From Blastocystis sp. Blastoise (taxonomy: Eukaryota; Protista; Bigyra: Opalinata), in the NCBI GenBank assembly GCA_039096225.1, contig JBBPEB010000019.1, forward strand, positions 310,001 to 374,000: 64,000 nucleotides of DNA. Reading direction: 5' to 3'. This document shows positions 1 to 19,728 of this stretch, in pieces. Position 1 is the stretch's first letter, and every line of letters begins with the position of its first letter. The position numbers were made by a program, and so were the translations under genes. Under the pieces are notes generated by a model. It saw nothing but the letters and a program-made list of their open reading frames with translations. It made no database searches and was not told the origin of the DNA.

Positions 1-131
1 CTCTTCTCTCCCTAGAGTGTGAATGAGGATGATTATAGAATAGCTATAGCAGGAGGGAATCATAACTTATATATATTCACATTAGTGGATAAGACACTTT
101 CTGATATTATTGATAATTCTTATGAAGTATA

Positions 132-229
<98 letters not shown>

Positions 230-1220
230 TGATATTACAGGTGAACCCTATAGTATGAACCCAATTTGTGTAGCTTCTGTATATATATATATATAGTTAT
301 ATATATTTTTATATAGAGATTTATATTGTTTTATGAAATATATATATATATATATATAGTTGTCAAAACCGATTTATCAGGTCATGTGGTATAATTTGTG
401 TCTCATTCTTCGAACTTCTTTTAATACTATAGGATATTATTACTTGCGTATGTATGAGGACACCCCTTCTCTCTGTTATGCATATACACTTGATTTCTAC
501 GATAAGAGTGAATACCCTAACGATTATATAAGTACACCTATATACTTTAACTCCAAGAAGGAAATTATATATGCTGGTATATATATATATATAATATATA
601 TATATATATAATAATTACTATATTATAATAATTATGATATATATTTTGAGTTTATGTTGATACTTATTGTTATATAACTTACTATATATATATATATATA
701 GGCACAAATACAGGTAATATTTGTGCCTGGAGTCCTAGTCATTCGGATGGGTCGATGAGGTATATTATTAAATATCCACAAGAAACACTACCTAATACTC
801 TTATTGTATATATATATATAGTTATATTATATTATATACTTTTATAGAATCATTGTTATACATAATATATACTAATATAATCATTATTATACATAAACAT
901 ACTTATATATAATCATTATTATACAAACATACTTATATATAATCATTATTATACATAAATATACTTATATATAATCATTTTTATACATAAATATACTTAT
1001 ATATAATCATTATTATACATAAATATACTTATATATAATCATTTTTATACATAAATATACTTATATATAATCATTATTATATATATAGCCTTATTCTTGT
1101 AGACCTATTATAAATATTCTCTTTAATGAAGAATATAATATAGTGTCTTGCTTACAGGACAATGGAACATTATGGAAATGGCGCCAAGAAAAGCCCGCCA
1201 ACTCAAGTGAACCCATATAA
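1..1220 (+). CDS. 3' part of a WD40 protein resembling Polycomb EED/ESC/FIE (5 exons: <1-126, 228-277, 360-577, 702-806, 1089-1220)
   Basis: GT-AG splicing gives one frame ending TAA at 1218-1220. Segments RIAIAGGNHNLYIF, YQVMWYNLCLILRTSFNTIGYY, IIYAGTNTGNICAW and C-terminal VSCLQDNGTLWKW parallel, in order, EED motifs recalled from memory ([57 protein letters not shown]). Similarity judged by eye. Confidence 0.55.
870..1085. repeat. Intronic minisatellite, ~31-bp unit (ataaatatacttatatataatcattattatac-like), ~7 copies
   Basis: Directly visible tandem copies filling intron 807-1088. Confidence 0.85.
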
Positions 1221-1241
1221 GTCATCCAATCATTAATTATC

Positions 1242-1291
<50 letters not shown>

Positions 1292-2880
1292 CTATTATTT
1301 ATTTTTCATTTATTTTTGTATATCTTTATTTGTTATATATATACTTTAATAAGAATAACTTTCAAGTGTATTTTTATGAATATATAATCTTTGCTCATTT
1401 TTCAACGTCTTTTCTTTTATCTTTATTAAAATAGAAATAATATATATATTAATAAATAATATAGTATTCAAAAGAATTATTTTTATTTTCTTATATTATA
1501 CCTATATATTATTTTCTTCTCTTTTTGTTATTCCTATATATATTTATATATTATAGAATAACCTTTCATTATCACCTGCTTTCATTTATTTTTCTCATTC
1601 ATTTTTTATGGAGTAATATTGTTATTAATGTGAATATATTTATAAAGTTTATATTTCTTTTTTGAAAGATCCTATATATATATATATATTCATATTTTAT
1701 GTATATTCTTTTCTGTAATTCAAACTATTATTATTACTCCTACTAATTAAGAATTCATTTTTTAATGTAAATATTATTTAATACTATCTATTCTTATCAA
1801 ATAGAGTTTCTATTTTCTTTTCATATATGTATATTTATTCACGATAATTATATGAACTACTCTAAAGGATTAAGAAAATATATATGTTTAGATGAACCAT
1901 CTATATAATTCCTATTTCCATGACAATTCTCTTTATTATTATTGAACAAACTTTTTAGTTTTTATCAAAACTAGAGTCTTTTTATCTCTTTTAAATAAAT
2001 ATTCGATCTTTAAATATTTTTTTGCAAATAATCTCTTGCTAAAGATTAACTTTTATATTTCTGTAATGATTCAATGAACTACTTATACTTGAAGAAAATA
2101 TATAAAAATCTATCAAAAAAATAAAATTAAATAGTAGATAATGGTTGATAATAAAATGAAAAACATAATAAAATTACACAAGAATAGTACAGTTGAGTGC
2201 AGTGTATATGATATGTATTTAATCAACTCATTATCAGAAATGTATTATTAATTGAGTTCAAAACATATTGTAACCAGTATAAATAAAGCTATGAATAACT
2301 CTCAAAAAACATAGGTAACAAAAATGTATTCTTGCGATCATTGTACATGTTGATTGACCAATTTAGGATACAATTATAAATAAGCATCTATTCCATATCA
2401 ATCAGTGAACAATATTGTTAGTCACATAATCAATTTTATATAATACGTTGTTTCTATTTCAAGAATTGGAAAAAAAAATCACAAAATCTACAATTAACTC
2501 GTTTTTTTCAAAATTATGACTCGTTTTTGGTTATTTTAAGGTTTTTTATTTTTTGCTAATAAACCACAACTTAAACAAAAGAATTAAAAAAGATGTTTAA
2601 ATCGATAGACAATAACGATAGGTAAGACTTGGCAACAATAAATTAAAAAGATATTGTCACATTTTATTTAGGATGAGTCCTAATTATATATTTTTTACTG
2701 TTTTAATGTTATCTATATGTTATAAACTTTCATATAAATATATTTTATTTAGGAAAAGTCTTTTATGTTGCATCACGCAATTAACAAAATTCCAATTGGA
2801 ATTTCTCAGGTATGAAAGATATGTATTGTATTATGTATTGCATTTATCATATATCATGCTTTATATAAAATTTTAAATAG

Positions 2881-5524
<2,644 letters not shown>

Positions 5525-6033
5525 AATATATATTTTGAAAATAAGTTTCAAACATTATTATTTTTTATATCTTTATGTATTATATTGTATTCATAACCTT
5601 AATGATTAAAAATCAAATTGTTTCTCAGGTGATTATCACTTAATCAGTTAATCATGTTAATTGTTTTGTTTTGTTTCTATTTTGATTGATTAATACTATT
5701 ATAAGATATGCTTTTGCTGTCATAATAAAATAGAGAAAACCTGTATTTAGTTAAAAATTTATAAAAATAAAAAACCTTAAAATAACCAAAAACGAGTCAT
5801 AATTTTGAAAAAAACGAGTTAATTGTAGAAATCTTTCAGAAATATTCGTTACTCCATACTGTATAATTGGTTTAAATCATAAACACATCAACAAATGCTC
5901 ATTCAATCAAATCAAACGTTGATCTTTATTATAAAGTCAGTTCAAACGTCCAGATTTATGAACATTTTTCAATTCACAAAATATATATATTTTTTAGTGT
6001 TTCACAAGAAATAATAAATATATACATTAAAAG

Positions 6034-9415
<3,382 letters not shown>

Positions 9416-9840
9416 TTATTATAATTTATATAAAAAATGTATTATAGACTCTTTCTCTATATATAAACATTAGTTTGTTATATGTTTCACTGTCACTAGT
9501 CTTTCTCTCAACATACATGGTTTTGTTTGTTATTAACGAATATCTATTAGTAATTTTGCTGAATAGTTCATAGCATAGTATAGTCGTGTAATAGAATATT
9601 AAGAATGTATAAGAATAAAAACAATAATAATCCTTTGTTAACAGAAAAGATAATAACATTGAAAAATAGAATACAATAATTGAATTATAAGAAAAGAAAA
9701 AAGAAAAATTGTAGAAATACATATATAAATAGTAATTCATTCAATATATAAATGATAAAACAGTGAATATTAAATATCAAATAAAGCGAATAAAAATAAC
9801 ATAAATAAAAAGTAATGTATAAGAAATAAAGTATTATGAA

Positions 9841-11599
9841 TTAAGCTCTTCCCCATACTTCATAATCTTCAATAAGAAAAGCATTATCATTTTCAGAGTT
9901 ATTTGTATTCACAAATAATGATTTCTTTTGAGTAGTTTGACATGTGCCATAAGAGAAAGCACTACAATAAGAATTAGAATTTATATGACAATTATCTGAA
10001 ATATATATATCAAAACCCCCTCCAAAGGTAGGACCATAAGTAGCATTACAATCAATTCCATAATCTTTATTACTATTAGTATAATTATATAAAGTAGGAG
10101 GAATAAAATGCTCATTACTTAAAGTAAACACAAACTCATGAGAAGTGGAAATGTAATCTAATATATATATTTATTATAGTTAATATATGTTTATACTATT
10201 TATATTTAGCTTATAATTGATATATATTAAAAATAATATAATATACATAATTTATAATTCATATAAATTAAATATATATATATATAATATAACATATATA
10301 TACAACCTGTTTTAGGAGATACCCAATTTTGATCAGTATATCCTCCAAATATATTCACATGATCATTATGACCTATATGCTTAATAAGAGTTACTGTTTC
10401 TCCTTTCTTATCACAATATTTATGGAATTCTTTTGCAGAATAATCATGTTCACTTGCTCTATATATATATATATATATATTATATTTACATAATTATATT
10501 TAAAACAATCTACTCCTAAAAAAAATTAGAATACAAAAGTACATAACAATTACATATGTAAATACCTATATAATAATTTCCATTTCTTTTCAATTCCTAA
10601 CCAATTAATTAAATATGTTTCCATCATTTTATTAATTAATATAGTTGTTCCCATAAACGTTTGTACAGGAATCATTCCTTCTAGAATATAATCTTTTCCT
10701 ATATCGCCATAAATAGCACACATTTCGTTCTTAAGAACTTCCTTATTAATTGTATCCATTCCACTCTCTGAAATATATATAAATCCATTACAACGTAAAG
10801 AAGTTTGTATATAATCTATATATTTATAATTCATATCTATAGATAATCGATTATCTGTTGCATAATAATCTACATATCCATAACGATAATTCTTGACAAG
10901 TTGAATCCATAATCCTTTCTTTATAAAATAATCACGTAAAATCTCGTTCTTCTTAAAATTCACATAGAGAACAACATCATTATTATCTTCAAATCGCTTC
11001 ATATTAAAATCTCTTCGAATAAGAATCTTTGAACATTCTTCTGGAATAGGCACCTCACAGTATTCAAATAAACTTAATAAATCAACTTGATCATCAAGGC
11101 TCATAGAATCAACATCAATTTTCTTATTCATTAACGAATCAAGGAGCAATGGGACACAACTCTCATCATATGGATAATCCAAATATATACATCCATCCGT
11201 TGTTCTTTGATCTTCATCAGATTGGGCATATATATAACTCCCTACTAAACTATTGGTAATTTTCTTTGGGAGAGAATAGATAACTCCACTATTTGTAAAT
11301 CTAATATAGTCTATTTCATCCTTATCTTCATGAATACATTCTCTGCTTATTGATTCTTGGAGAAATGAAGGTTCTTGAATAATTGTCTTCGATAACTCTT
11401 CATTCTTCATTTCATTTACTTCATTAGTACCTAAATAATGATTTAATAATCCATTAATAGAATCTCCTGAATGAATACAAAAACTAATTGACTTTCCTAA
11501 GATACCTACTAAGTCACTGATCAACTGTTCAAAATGAACCACATCATTCTGAACACTTTCTATCTTTGTAATATCAATATCTGAAATGTCTTTCACCAT
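9841..11599 (-). CDS. TLDc-domain protein with N-terminal BTB/POZ-like region (exons 11599-10566, 10458-10307, 10157-9841)
   Basis: Spliced product has WKLLYRASEHDYSAKEFHKYCDKKGETVTLIK, IFGGYT, FVFTL, YGPTFGGG.DIYI and FLIEDYEVW, all typical TLDc motifs. Confidence 0.88.
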
Positions 11600-11640
11600 A
11601 TTTCATAAAAAAGATTAAAAATGAAATGTTTAACATAATC

Positions 11641-11810
11641 ATGGAGCATCATTTCCAGCATTCGCCGTAGGCTACACAGGGTAGGGACTCTACCCCAGAC
11701 AATTTTTGTCCTACGCCTTGAGCCGCCAGAAGTACCCTTAAAACTGGCTCTTTTGGGAATTCTGTACCCCAGAAGAGTCTTCGTGGCGAACCCTGATTCA
11801 TTTCCCAAAT
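11641..11810. ncRNA. Candidate structured RNA or 5' UTR element: GC-rich island with multiple nested stems
   Basis: About 49% GC (84/170 by hand count) in a very AT-rich background, with at least seven complementary segment pairs (see findings). No family recognised. Confidence 0.35.
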
Positions 11811-11827
11811 ACTAAAAACCGTTCTTC

Positions 11828-12037
11828 GAGAAATTGACTATCGGTGTGTTTCCACTACTTTTTGCTGTTAACCTGATACTGCATTGTATTGGCTAATTTC
11901 TTCATTATCCAATAATATTACATTTGTCTTTTTTATGAAGAGTTATTAATTTATCATATGTTAGTAGTTCTATAAGAATAAGCGTCAATTAAAGCTATTC
12001 TTTCATTGGATGCTACAGAGCATAATCAAACTACAAT
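11828..12037 (+). repeat. Left TIR of the Mutator-like element
   Basis: Reverse complement of 23092-23301. Confidence 0.95.
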
Positions 12038-13203
12038 CATTATATACTCATGAAATAAAAAATATATAATAAATATAAAAATATAATTTTTTATGATATA
12101 TAACCTATAGTTGATTTTTAAATATTTAAAAAATATATTTTATGACTTTCTTTAAATACTCTATATAGTTGTTTTTTTATATTTTCATTAAAACTATAAA
12201 ATTAGCATTAAACTGAAGCATTATTATATAAATAATTGTAAACATGACTTGATAGAAGTATAAAAGCGTTTTATAGCAATTATATTACAAAAATACTAAC
12301 TATTTAACTACTTTCATTATAATGCACTGTAATTCCGTTATTTATTTATATTTTCGAGCTATTTTTGAGTACATAAATGTATAGCGTTTAATACATAGTA
12401 ATTTGTTATAAGTGAACAATTATTTAAAGAAATGAAAGAGTAATGTACACATTTATATTAATAACAGAGATTCAACTTGAAACTGATATCCTGTACTATT
12501 CATCACTATCTACAGTTTATGAATGAATTACAAAAGAAAAAACGAATGTTACAATTAATTAATTGTTAATGCATTGAAGTATAATTATATTTTATAACAA
12601 AATCAAAGAGATAAACACCTTAAATAAATAAATAAATAATATATAAGTTTTAAAATAAGATATTAAAGATAATATTTAGAATCTTTATTTAAAGTATAGA
12701 TTCAATGATTAAATAATCTAAAACTGATAATAATAGTATTTTAAGTGAAATACAGCTAGAAATAATAAAATATATTTAGAATGAATGGAATGAATACTCT
12801 TAAAGTATTATAAAACAATTCTAAAGATATCCTATTGCAATCTAGATGATAATAGAAACGCATGATTATAAAATTATGCTTTTAATATAATATTAAGATT
12901 ATAAAATTAAGATGTGTTGATTTTTTGTCTAATAAATTATTATATCAATTACCTAACACTTCAAAAGTATGCAGAAGGATCATTAGCATCCTTAATTAAT
13001 CCAGAATTGAGTAAATGAAAATATAAGCTAATGCAATTGTAATGTTGTGTCTACTTCATTTTGATAAAATATTAATATCACTTTTAAGTAGATAGCCTAT
13101 AGATATAACTCATGAGTGAATATCAACGTATAATATTGAAATATGACTGAAATAATACAAATTCTAACAAAGAAAAAAAAATCTTAAAAAATCTTTAAAA
13201 AAA

Positions 13204-13270
13204 TACTTAAGTCAGGATTTGAACCTGAAGATTGTCTAGAATGACCCTCTCTTGCCATTCAAGCTTAAGT
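13204..13270 (-). tRNA. tRNA-like element or pseudo-tRNA (anticodon not assignable)
   Basis: Minus strand reads ACTTAAG-CTTG AATGG CAAG-AGAGGGTC ATTCTA GACAATCT-TCAGG TTCAAAT CCTGA-CTTAAGT-A: perfect 7-bp acceptor stem, perfect T arm with B-box GGTTCAAATCC, followed at once by T7 (Pol III terminator). D-arm linker and anticodon arm are non-canonical. Confidence 0.55.
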
Positions 13271-13329
13271 AAAGGTGATATACTGCATAAATATATATAT
13301 TATTTAAAATAACAACAATAAATATTACA

Positions 13330-14730
13330 TTCCCAATTGCCATTCTTAGACTTTACGTACATATGTCTTTAATGTTAAAGCCAAATAATAATTCATATTA
13401 CATAGAATAAAATTGGGTATCTATATGATTCTATAATCAGGTTATCATAATAATATTATTAATAATAAATATATATATATATATACTTATTTTAAAACCA
13501 TTCTCACATTTATTATCTTTTATTTTATCAATAACTATATAATAATATATATATTATTTCTATTATTATTACAATCATCTAAAAACTCTATTTCTAAATA
13601 TTTTGGGCTTACATTTAAAAACAAATAGATAATCAGTATCATATAATCTATATATGTATAATAATAATAATATAATGATGATACTAATAATAATAAATAT
13701 ACTAAATTATTATATATGTTAACATTAATCAGATTTAATAGCAATAAATATAATAATTTTTTGATGAATAATAATAATAATAATTTGGTTAATGTAATAC
13801 TATAACTATGTATCGTTCTGTATATGTATTCAATAATAATTGTTGTAAAGGGTTTCGATGAGTACTTTTAGATAAGAAGATCGAAGGAGTAGATATATAC
13901 TATTAAGTAACATCAGCAAAATGTTCGATATAATTTATGCATAAATTGTTCATCAAGTTTAAAAAAAATACTTTTCCGAAAAATAACCATCATTTATATA
14001 TAATGTATTATTACTATTTCATATTCTATATATAATAGTATAAATAGAATTAAAATGATTCAAAAAAGAATACACTTATCTATCATACAACATTAAATAA
14101 ATAAACATATATAAAGAAGATAAATAATAATAATATATAATAATCTATATAATAATTTATATATATATATACATATACGTAAAATGGTACATTTTGTTTG
14201 AATTCTATTCCACATCCTGAACATTCACATTTGCGATTAATCATTCGATACATTTCAGAATCATTTTTACCTTCTGAAATAGACTGAATACTCTTTCTAT
14301 TAATATAAACCATCGATGGGAACAAGGGAGTCGGTGTTTGAACATCAATCTATTTAATAATTATATATATATATATATATAATATTGTATTATGTGTATA
14401 CGATAATAACCTGTTTTAAAAACAGATAGACCAAATAATAGTAATAATAGCATCCTAATGGCAATATATCCTATATACTATAACTATTACTATTAATAAT
14501 ATGTATAATATATAATAATAATACATACTCTAAATAAGATTACCTATATATATAATAATAATAATAGTAATAATCATAATATATTTATAAAACGAAAACC
14601 TAAAAATATACAGAATATCTATAATAGTAATAAAATAAAAATAATATTTTATAATAACACAACAACCAATATATCTATATATGTAATTATCTATATACAA
14701 TAATTATGATTTTATATAATAGTGCAATAT
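13330..14730 (-). pseudogene. Unidentified multi-exon gene fragment inside the Pack-MULE
   Basis: Exon-like blocks between GT..AG introns, e.g. IDVQTPTPLFPSMVYINRKSIQ...RKCECSGCGIEFKQNVPFY. No family recognised; boundaries approximate. Confidence 0.35.
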
Positions 14731-14899
14731 CTATAACCTATATATGTAAATAATAATATCATTATATTAATAAGATAAACTATATGAATAATAATGATAA
14801 GTATAATAATAAGTATAGTATTAATAATAATAAATAGGATAAATATAATAAAAATAGATATTAAAAATAAAATAATAAACATAATAATAATAATAATAA

Positions 14900-17413
14900 T
14901 AAATATATTAACCCAATTTTTGTTTTTCTTTGTATATTGTTTACATATTTCTTCATATTTAGAAACATCATTTTCATTTTCAGTCACAATATCTGCATAT
15001 TTATATTGTTTAATTGAATATTGATTTATTTTATCAACATCATTACTCTCTGTAATACATTGTCTATATAGAATATATATATAATAATAAGAATAATTTT
15101 TAAATATATATTGTTGATGAATATATAACTATATGTATAAATACTTTATAATTCTTAAAGCATGATTATTCATCCCTTCTTTAAATAAATATTTACTTAG
15201 CTCGAATTTATATATAGATATATCTAAATCTATTTCTATATATATATATATATAGTAGTATAAAATACTCTAATTTCATATAATCTATTATTATACTAAA
15301 AGAAATATATATATATATAATTATATACTTTTATCCTTACTAATCTGTAAAATATGTTCAATTCTTTTATTTATATAAATATACTCATTTTTATATCCAT
15401 ATATATTATAGATCTTCAAATTATTAATAAGAATTGTATATATATCTGTTAAAAGTATTTTTTCCTTATATTTAGGAAGAGAATCGCGGTTATTTGATGA
15501 AAATGATTGATAATGAAGAAACATAATAGTTTTTAAATATGTATATAGATCTGATATATACGAATATGTATATATAGAAAGAGAAGAAGACAGATGTTTT
15601 GATATATTTACTAAATAAATGAAATATATTAAATAATAATAAATAATGTTATTAACACAATAGTAATTTAAGTATAAAATAAATATAAATAGAATAAAAT
15701 ATATATATATATATAATAATAAATATAATAAAAAAAATAATAAATATAATATGAATATACAAATAGTAGATGATGATGGAAGAGAATTATGTTCATAAAA
15801 AGAATCAAAATATTGAATGTAATTATATTTTGTAAGAAGCTCAATACTCATAGACTCTATATATAATGTAATGATATAGTATAGATACATAGCTATTCTA
15901 CATACATAAACATATATATATCTAGAATAAAAAATATATATTATATATATATATACTTTCATTATGAAGTGTATTATTATATATATTCATATATTGCTCT
16001 ATAAATGTATTTATATGCTTAAAAGATGATGATGATGAAATCTGTCGAATCATATCAAATACACCTTTATTAATACTGTTAGATGCTAAATAATCACGGG
16101 AATGAATCGTATCATCTAACAAAAGTGGAGATTCCCATGAATAAGATTGAAGACTCATATAATAATATTGATCGATATCTTTTGTCTCCGCATCAATAAT
16201 ACCATTTGATATATACCTATATGAACAAGAAGAAGAAGAATGATAAACATATATATAATATATATATATATACATATTAAATAAACCATATAACCGTAAA
16301 GAAGACATGCTTTCAGCAAGAGGAAGAAAGATCTGTGAATTCCCACGGGATTCTTGGGTATTCCATGAAGAATCAACACTATATATACATGATAGAATAT
16401 ATAAAAAAAAAACGAAAATAAAATAAATAAATATACATATAAAGTGCTTTCATGTTATCTTGATCATTACGTTTATTTGTATATATATAAGGATCTGAAA
16501 ATATTTGAATATCTTTCTTTATATATATATATAACTATCGATATCATCAATTTCTTGATAGATTCCAGCCATCTTTTGGCGGTAAATTTCTTTTTCTTGA
16601 GAGGATATCATAACAGAATCATAAGGAGATAGTAAAGGTTTTCCTAAAGTATTCCTATTCCCGCGATTATTTTCATAAAGATATAGATTATAATCATAAA
16701 GAAGTGTTGCTAGATAAAAGTGATTTGTATATATACATATATCAATTAATAGAGAAATAGGAAGAGAAAGAGAGACTAATATAGAACAGAAAGGATAGAT
16801 GAAATAACCGTGGAAATAGAAAAAGTTTGCTTGGCTTCAATAAATACATATATAGTTAATGGAAGAAGATAATATTGAAATATAGGAATAGATGTATAGT
16901 TGAGGAAACACTATATATATATATAATTGAATAATAATATATATATATATGTATATATATATACAATAATATTAGGTAATTGAGATTTAATTTTAAGTTG
17001 ATTATATGTATTAAATAAATAGACTATATGTTGTTGTATATATTCATATATAGTAGAATAAGAGACAATATGAAGAGAAGAAGAAGGAACATTAGGAAGA
17101 GATAGAGAAAGAGATGAAATATGATTGGACCTATATATAAATTTATTAAGGAAAACCTTTTAATATTATAAAAACAATATATATATATATACTTATCGCT
17201 ATTCATAGATTTTAAGAATAAAAGTATATGTTTATATTTATAAACAGATTTTGGGATATCTTTATATAATTGAGAAATCAAGCTATTTTTTGAAAGATAA
17301 TATAGACTTAGAATAGTTTCATAGGAATCTAAAGGTTTATTACTATATTTTATCCAATTCCCATGAGAAATATATAAAGATGAATATAGTAATGAACATA
17401 AGCTTAAAAGGTT
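14900..17413 (-). pseudogene. Internal fragment of a large helical-repeat protein, possibly the FAT region of a PIKK (ATM/Tel1-like), inside the Pack-MULE
   Basis: Exons encode LLIDICIYTNHFYLATLLYD...QKMAGIYQEIDDIDS...SLRLYGLFN...IDQYYYMSLQSYSWE, reminiscent of ATM/ATR FAT motifs in order. In-frame TGA at 16839-16837. No start exon or kinase domain seen. Confidence 0.4.
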
Positions 17414-17470
17414 CTATAGAGGAGATTAATACAAATATAAAATAATAATAATAATAATATATATATATAC

Positions 17471-18671
17471 TTTGAAATATCTAGAAACACCAGCAAAAGG
17501 TAAGTAACTGTCTTGAGCTCTTACTTGTCCATCTAATGTCATTTGAAGATAATTCTCTATTAAACTCTTCATAGGAGTATAGCCCAAAGATAATAAAGCT
17601 CTTTATATAGTATTATTATTAGTATGATATAAATAATAAAAATTATTATTTTTACATATATTAAATATATATAATAAAAAAAAGAAATAAAATATATATA
17701 TATATTAATTATTTCCATAATCTATTCAAAATAAAATAAATAATTAATTAAATATACGAATAAAAATAAAATATAAATACCTTCTCTTCAGATACAACAA
17801 GTATGTATTAAAAATATTTATAATATAATTATATCTTTCAATAGCTACTTCTTTAGCTTCATCACGACCCTTTATATATAAACAGAAACATGTTCACAGA
17901 GTACAGGAAAAAGAAGAGGAGGTAATACTGATTAAAGAATGCATATATTTATAATAGATAATAGATACTATGATTATTATATATTAACAATATACATATA
18001 TAATTTTTTATAAATATGTATATATATAAAGGATATTATTATTATCTCCAAGAGAAGCTTCAACACGTTTAACTATTTGTTTATATCATTCTTCATCAAA
18101 TACTAGTTGATTATATATACTATATATATATTATTATTATTATTATATATAATCAGAAAATGTATATATAGTATAATGAATAGATTATATATATATATAT
18201 ACCTAAGAATAGTAGGCATAAATTAAATATATTCTAATGCTTCACCTTCTTTTTCAAATCAACCAAGAGATGCTTTTGTAGGATATAATCTATATATATA
18301 TTTAATATTGTAAATAAATAAATAAATAAAAAATAAAGAATTAAATAAAAAAAATATATATATACATACATTTCTTTAGGAATAGTACTGAATTGCAGAA
18401 CATAATGTTCTTTATTAATTCTATTATATAACTGTAAAAGAATACTGGCCACCATCTCTATGACTTGAGAAGAACAATTATGGAAACTAATATATATACA
18501 ATAGAATATATATATATATATACTATTTAGTAAATTGAATAACAAAAGAAGAAGATAGTTTTTGAGCTTTCATGAAAGCATTTACATCATTTTATACTAA
18601 TAAAAATATGTAATAATAATAATAATAATAATAATAATGATAATAATGATAATAATGATAATAATGATAAT

Positions 18672-18702
<31 letters not shown>

Positions 18703-19728
18703 CCATATCACTATGAAGTTTATACCATTTTCTTTTTGATTTTCTTCTAAGAATAAATTCACTTGACTATCCTCTTGAGGAATTCCCGTGAATATACACT
18801 TCTTTTTCCAATTAGTAGTTTTAATAACTAAAGGAATATTCCATCTATATAATAATATTAATAATAACATATAATAATAATAATCGTGGGAATATACTTG
18901 AATCATTGTCTATTTCTTGAGGATTAATAAAGAAACGTTCTTGAGATAATTCAAGTTACCCTATATATATATCCTATATATTATATATTATATATATATA
19001 CATTATTTTCTTTAATAATTAGAAGAGGATATCCCGTGGTTTTAATCCAATTATCTAAAGGTCAGCTACATCAATTCCCGCGAGACCAGAGAGATGTTTC
19101 CAAAGATTTTCAGTAGCGGCATTCTTATATTTAAATGTAGTTAAATAACTAGACATACCCTTTCTAAAAGCTTCTCTTCCTATATATATATATATATTAA
19201 ACAATTATTTCCTATATTTTATTGATTATACATGGAATATATAAATAATATATACATAAGTGTATATATATACCATAAAGTTATAGAGCATCCAAATAAC
19301 AGTAGCTCCTTTAGAATAACTGATTCCATCAAATATTTGACTGACTTCTTCGGGTCTATTCACGGTTATTTCTATAGGATGAGAAGACTTTATACAATCC
19401 TCAGATAAAGCACACATATTATTATCACTATATATAATAACACGTATAATAATATATAAAATAATATATATATATGATATATGTATATAATATATGTATA
19501 ATATATGTATAATATATTTATAATAACCATAATATATTAATAAAAAATAATAATATATGAAACACCCAAAATAATAATAATAATAACATATATATACGTC
19601 ACAAATGTATCAAGTATATGCCATTCTGGATGCATATGATCTAATCATATATATTCCATAAAAGAGGCAAACCCTTCATTCAACAATAAATACGTCCACA
19701 AAGTCATAGGGACTAAATCACCAAACCA
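17471..19728 (-). pseudogene. Truncated, degenerate M1-family (puromycin-sensitive-like) aminopeptidase fragment inside the Pack-MULE
   Basis: WFGDLVPMTLWTYLLLNEGFASFMEY, SSHPIE, IFDGISYSKGA, NWIKTTGYP and DGQVRAQD. Starts just after the HEXXH motif (HEXXH and GAMEN exons absent). In-frame TGA at 19647-19645, frameshift near 19057, and Trp-to-Leu changes in the WW..LWLNEG motif. Confidence 0.88.

Noticed and set aside
870-1085. Regularly repeated ~31-bp units as a CRISPR array
   Set aside because: Head-to-tail copies without unique spacers, inside a spliceosomal intron, and no cas genes.
11593-11808. 71-aa minus-strand ORF over the GC-rich island
   Set aside because: Non-ATG start, no recognisable motif, out of frame with the TLDc gene; better explained as a by-product of high GC.
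14170-14240. RKCECSGCG as the SWIM finger of a MULE transposase
   Set aside because: It lacks the CxC...CxH spacing, and no MULE DDE motifs were found nearby.
16837-19647. In-frame TGA codons as evidence of a reassigned genetic code
   Set aside because: They occur only in the degenerate MULE cargo, alongside frameshifts. Long intact exons (e.g. the >3000-codon one) contain no in-frame TGA.
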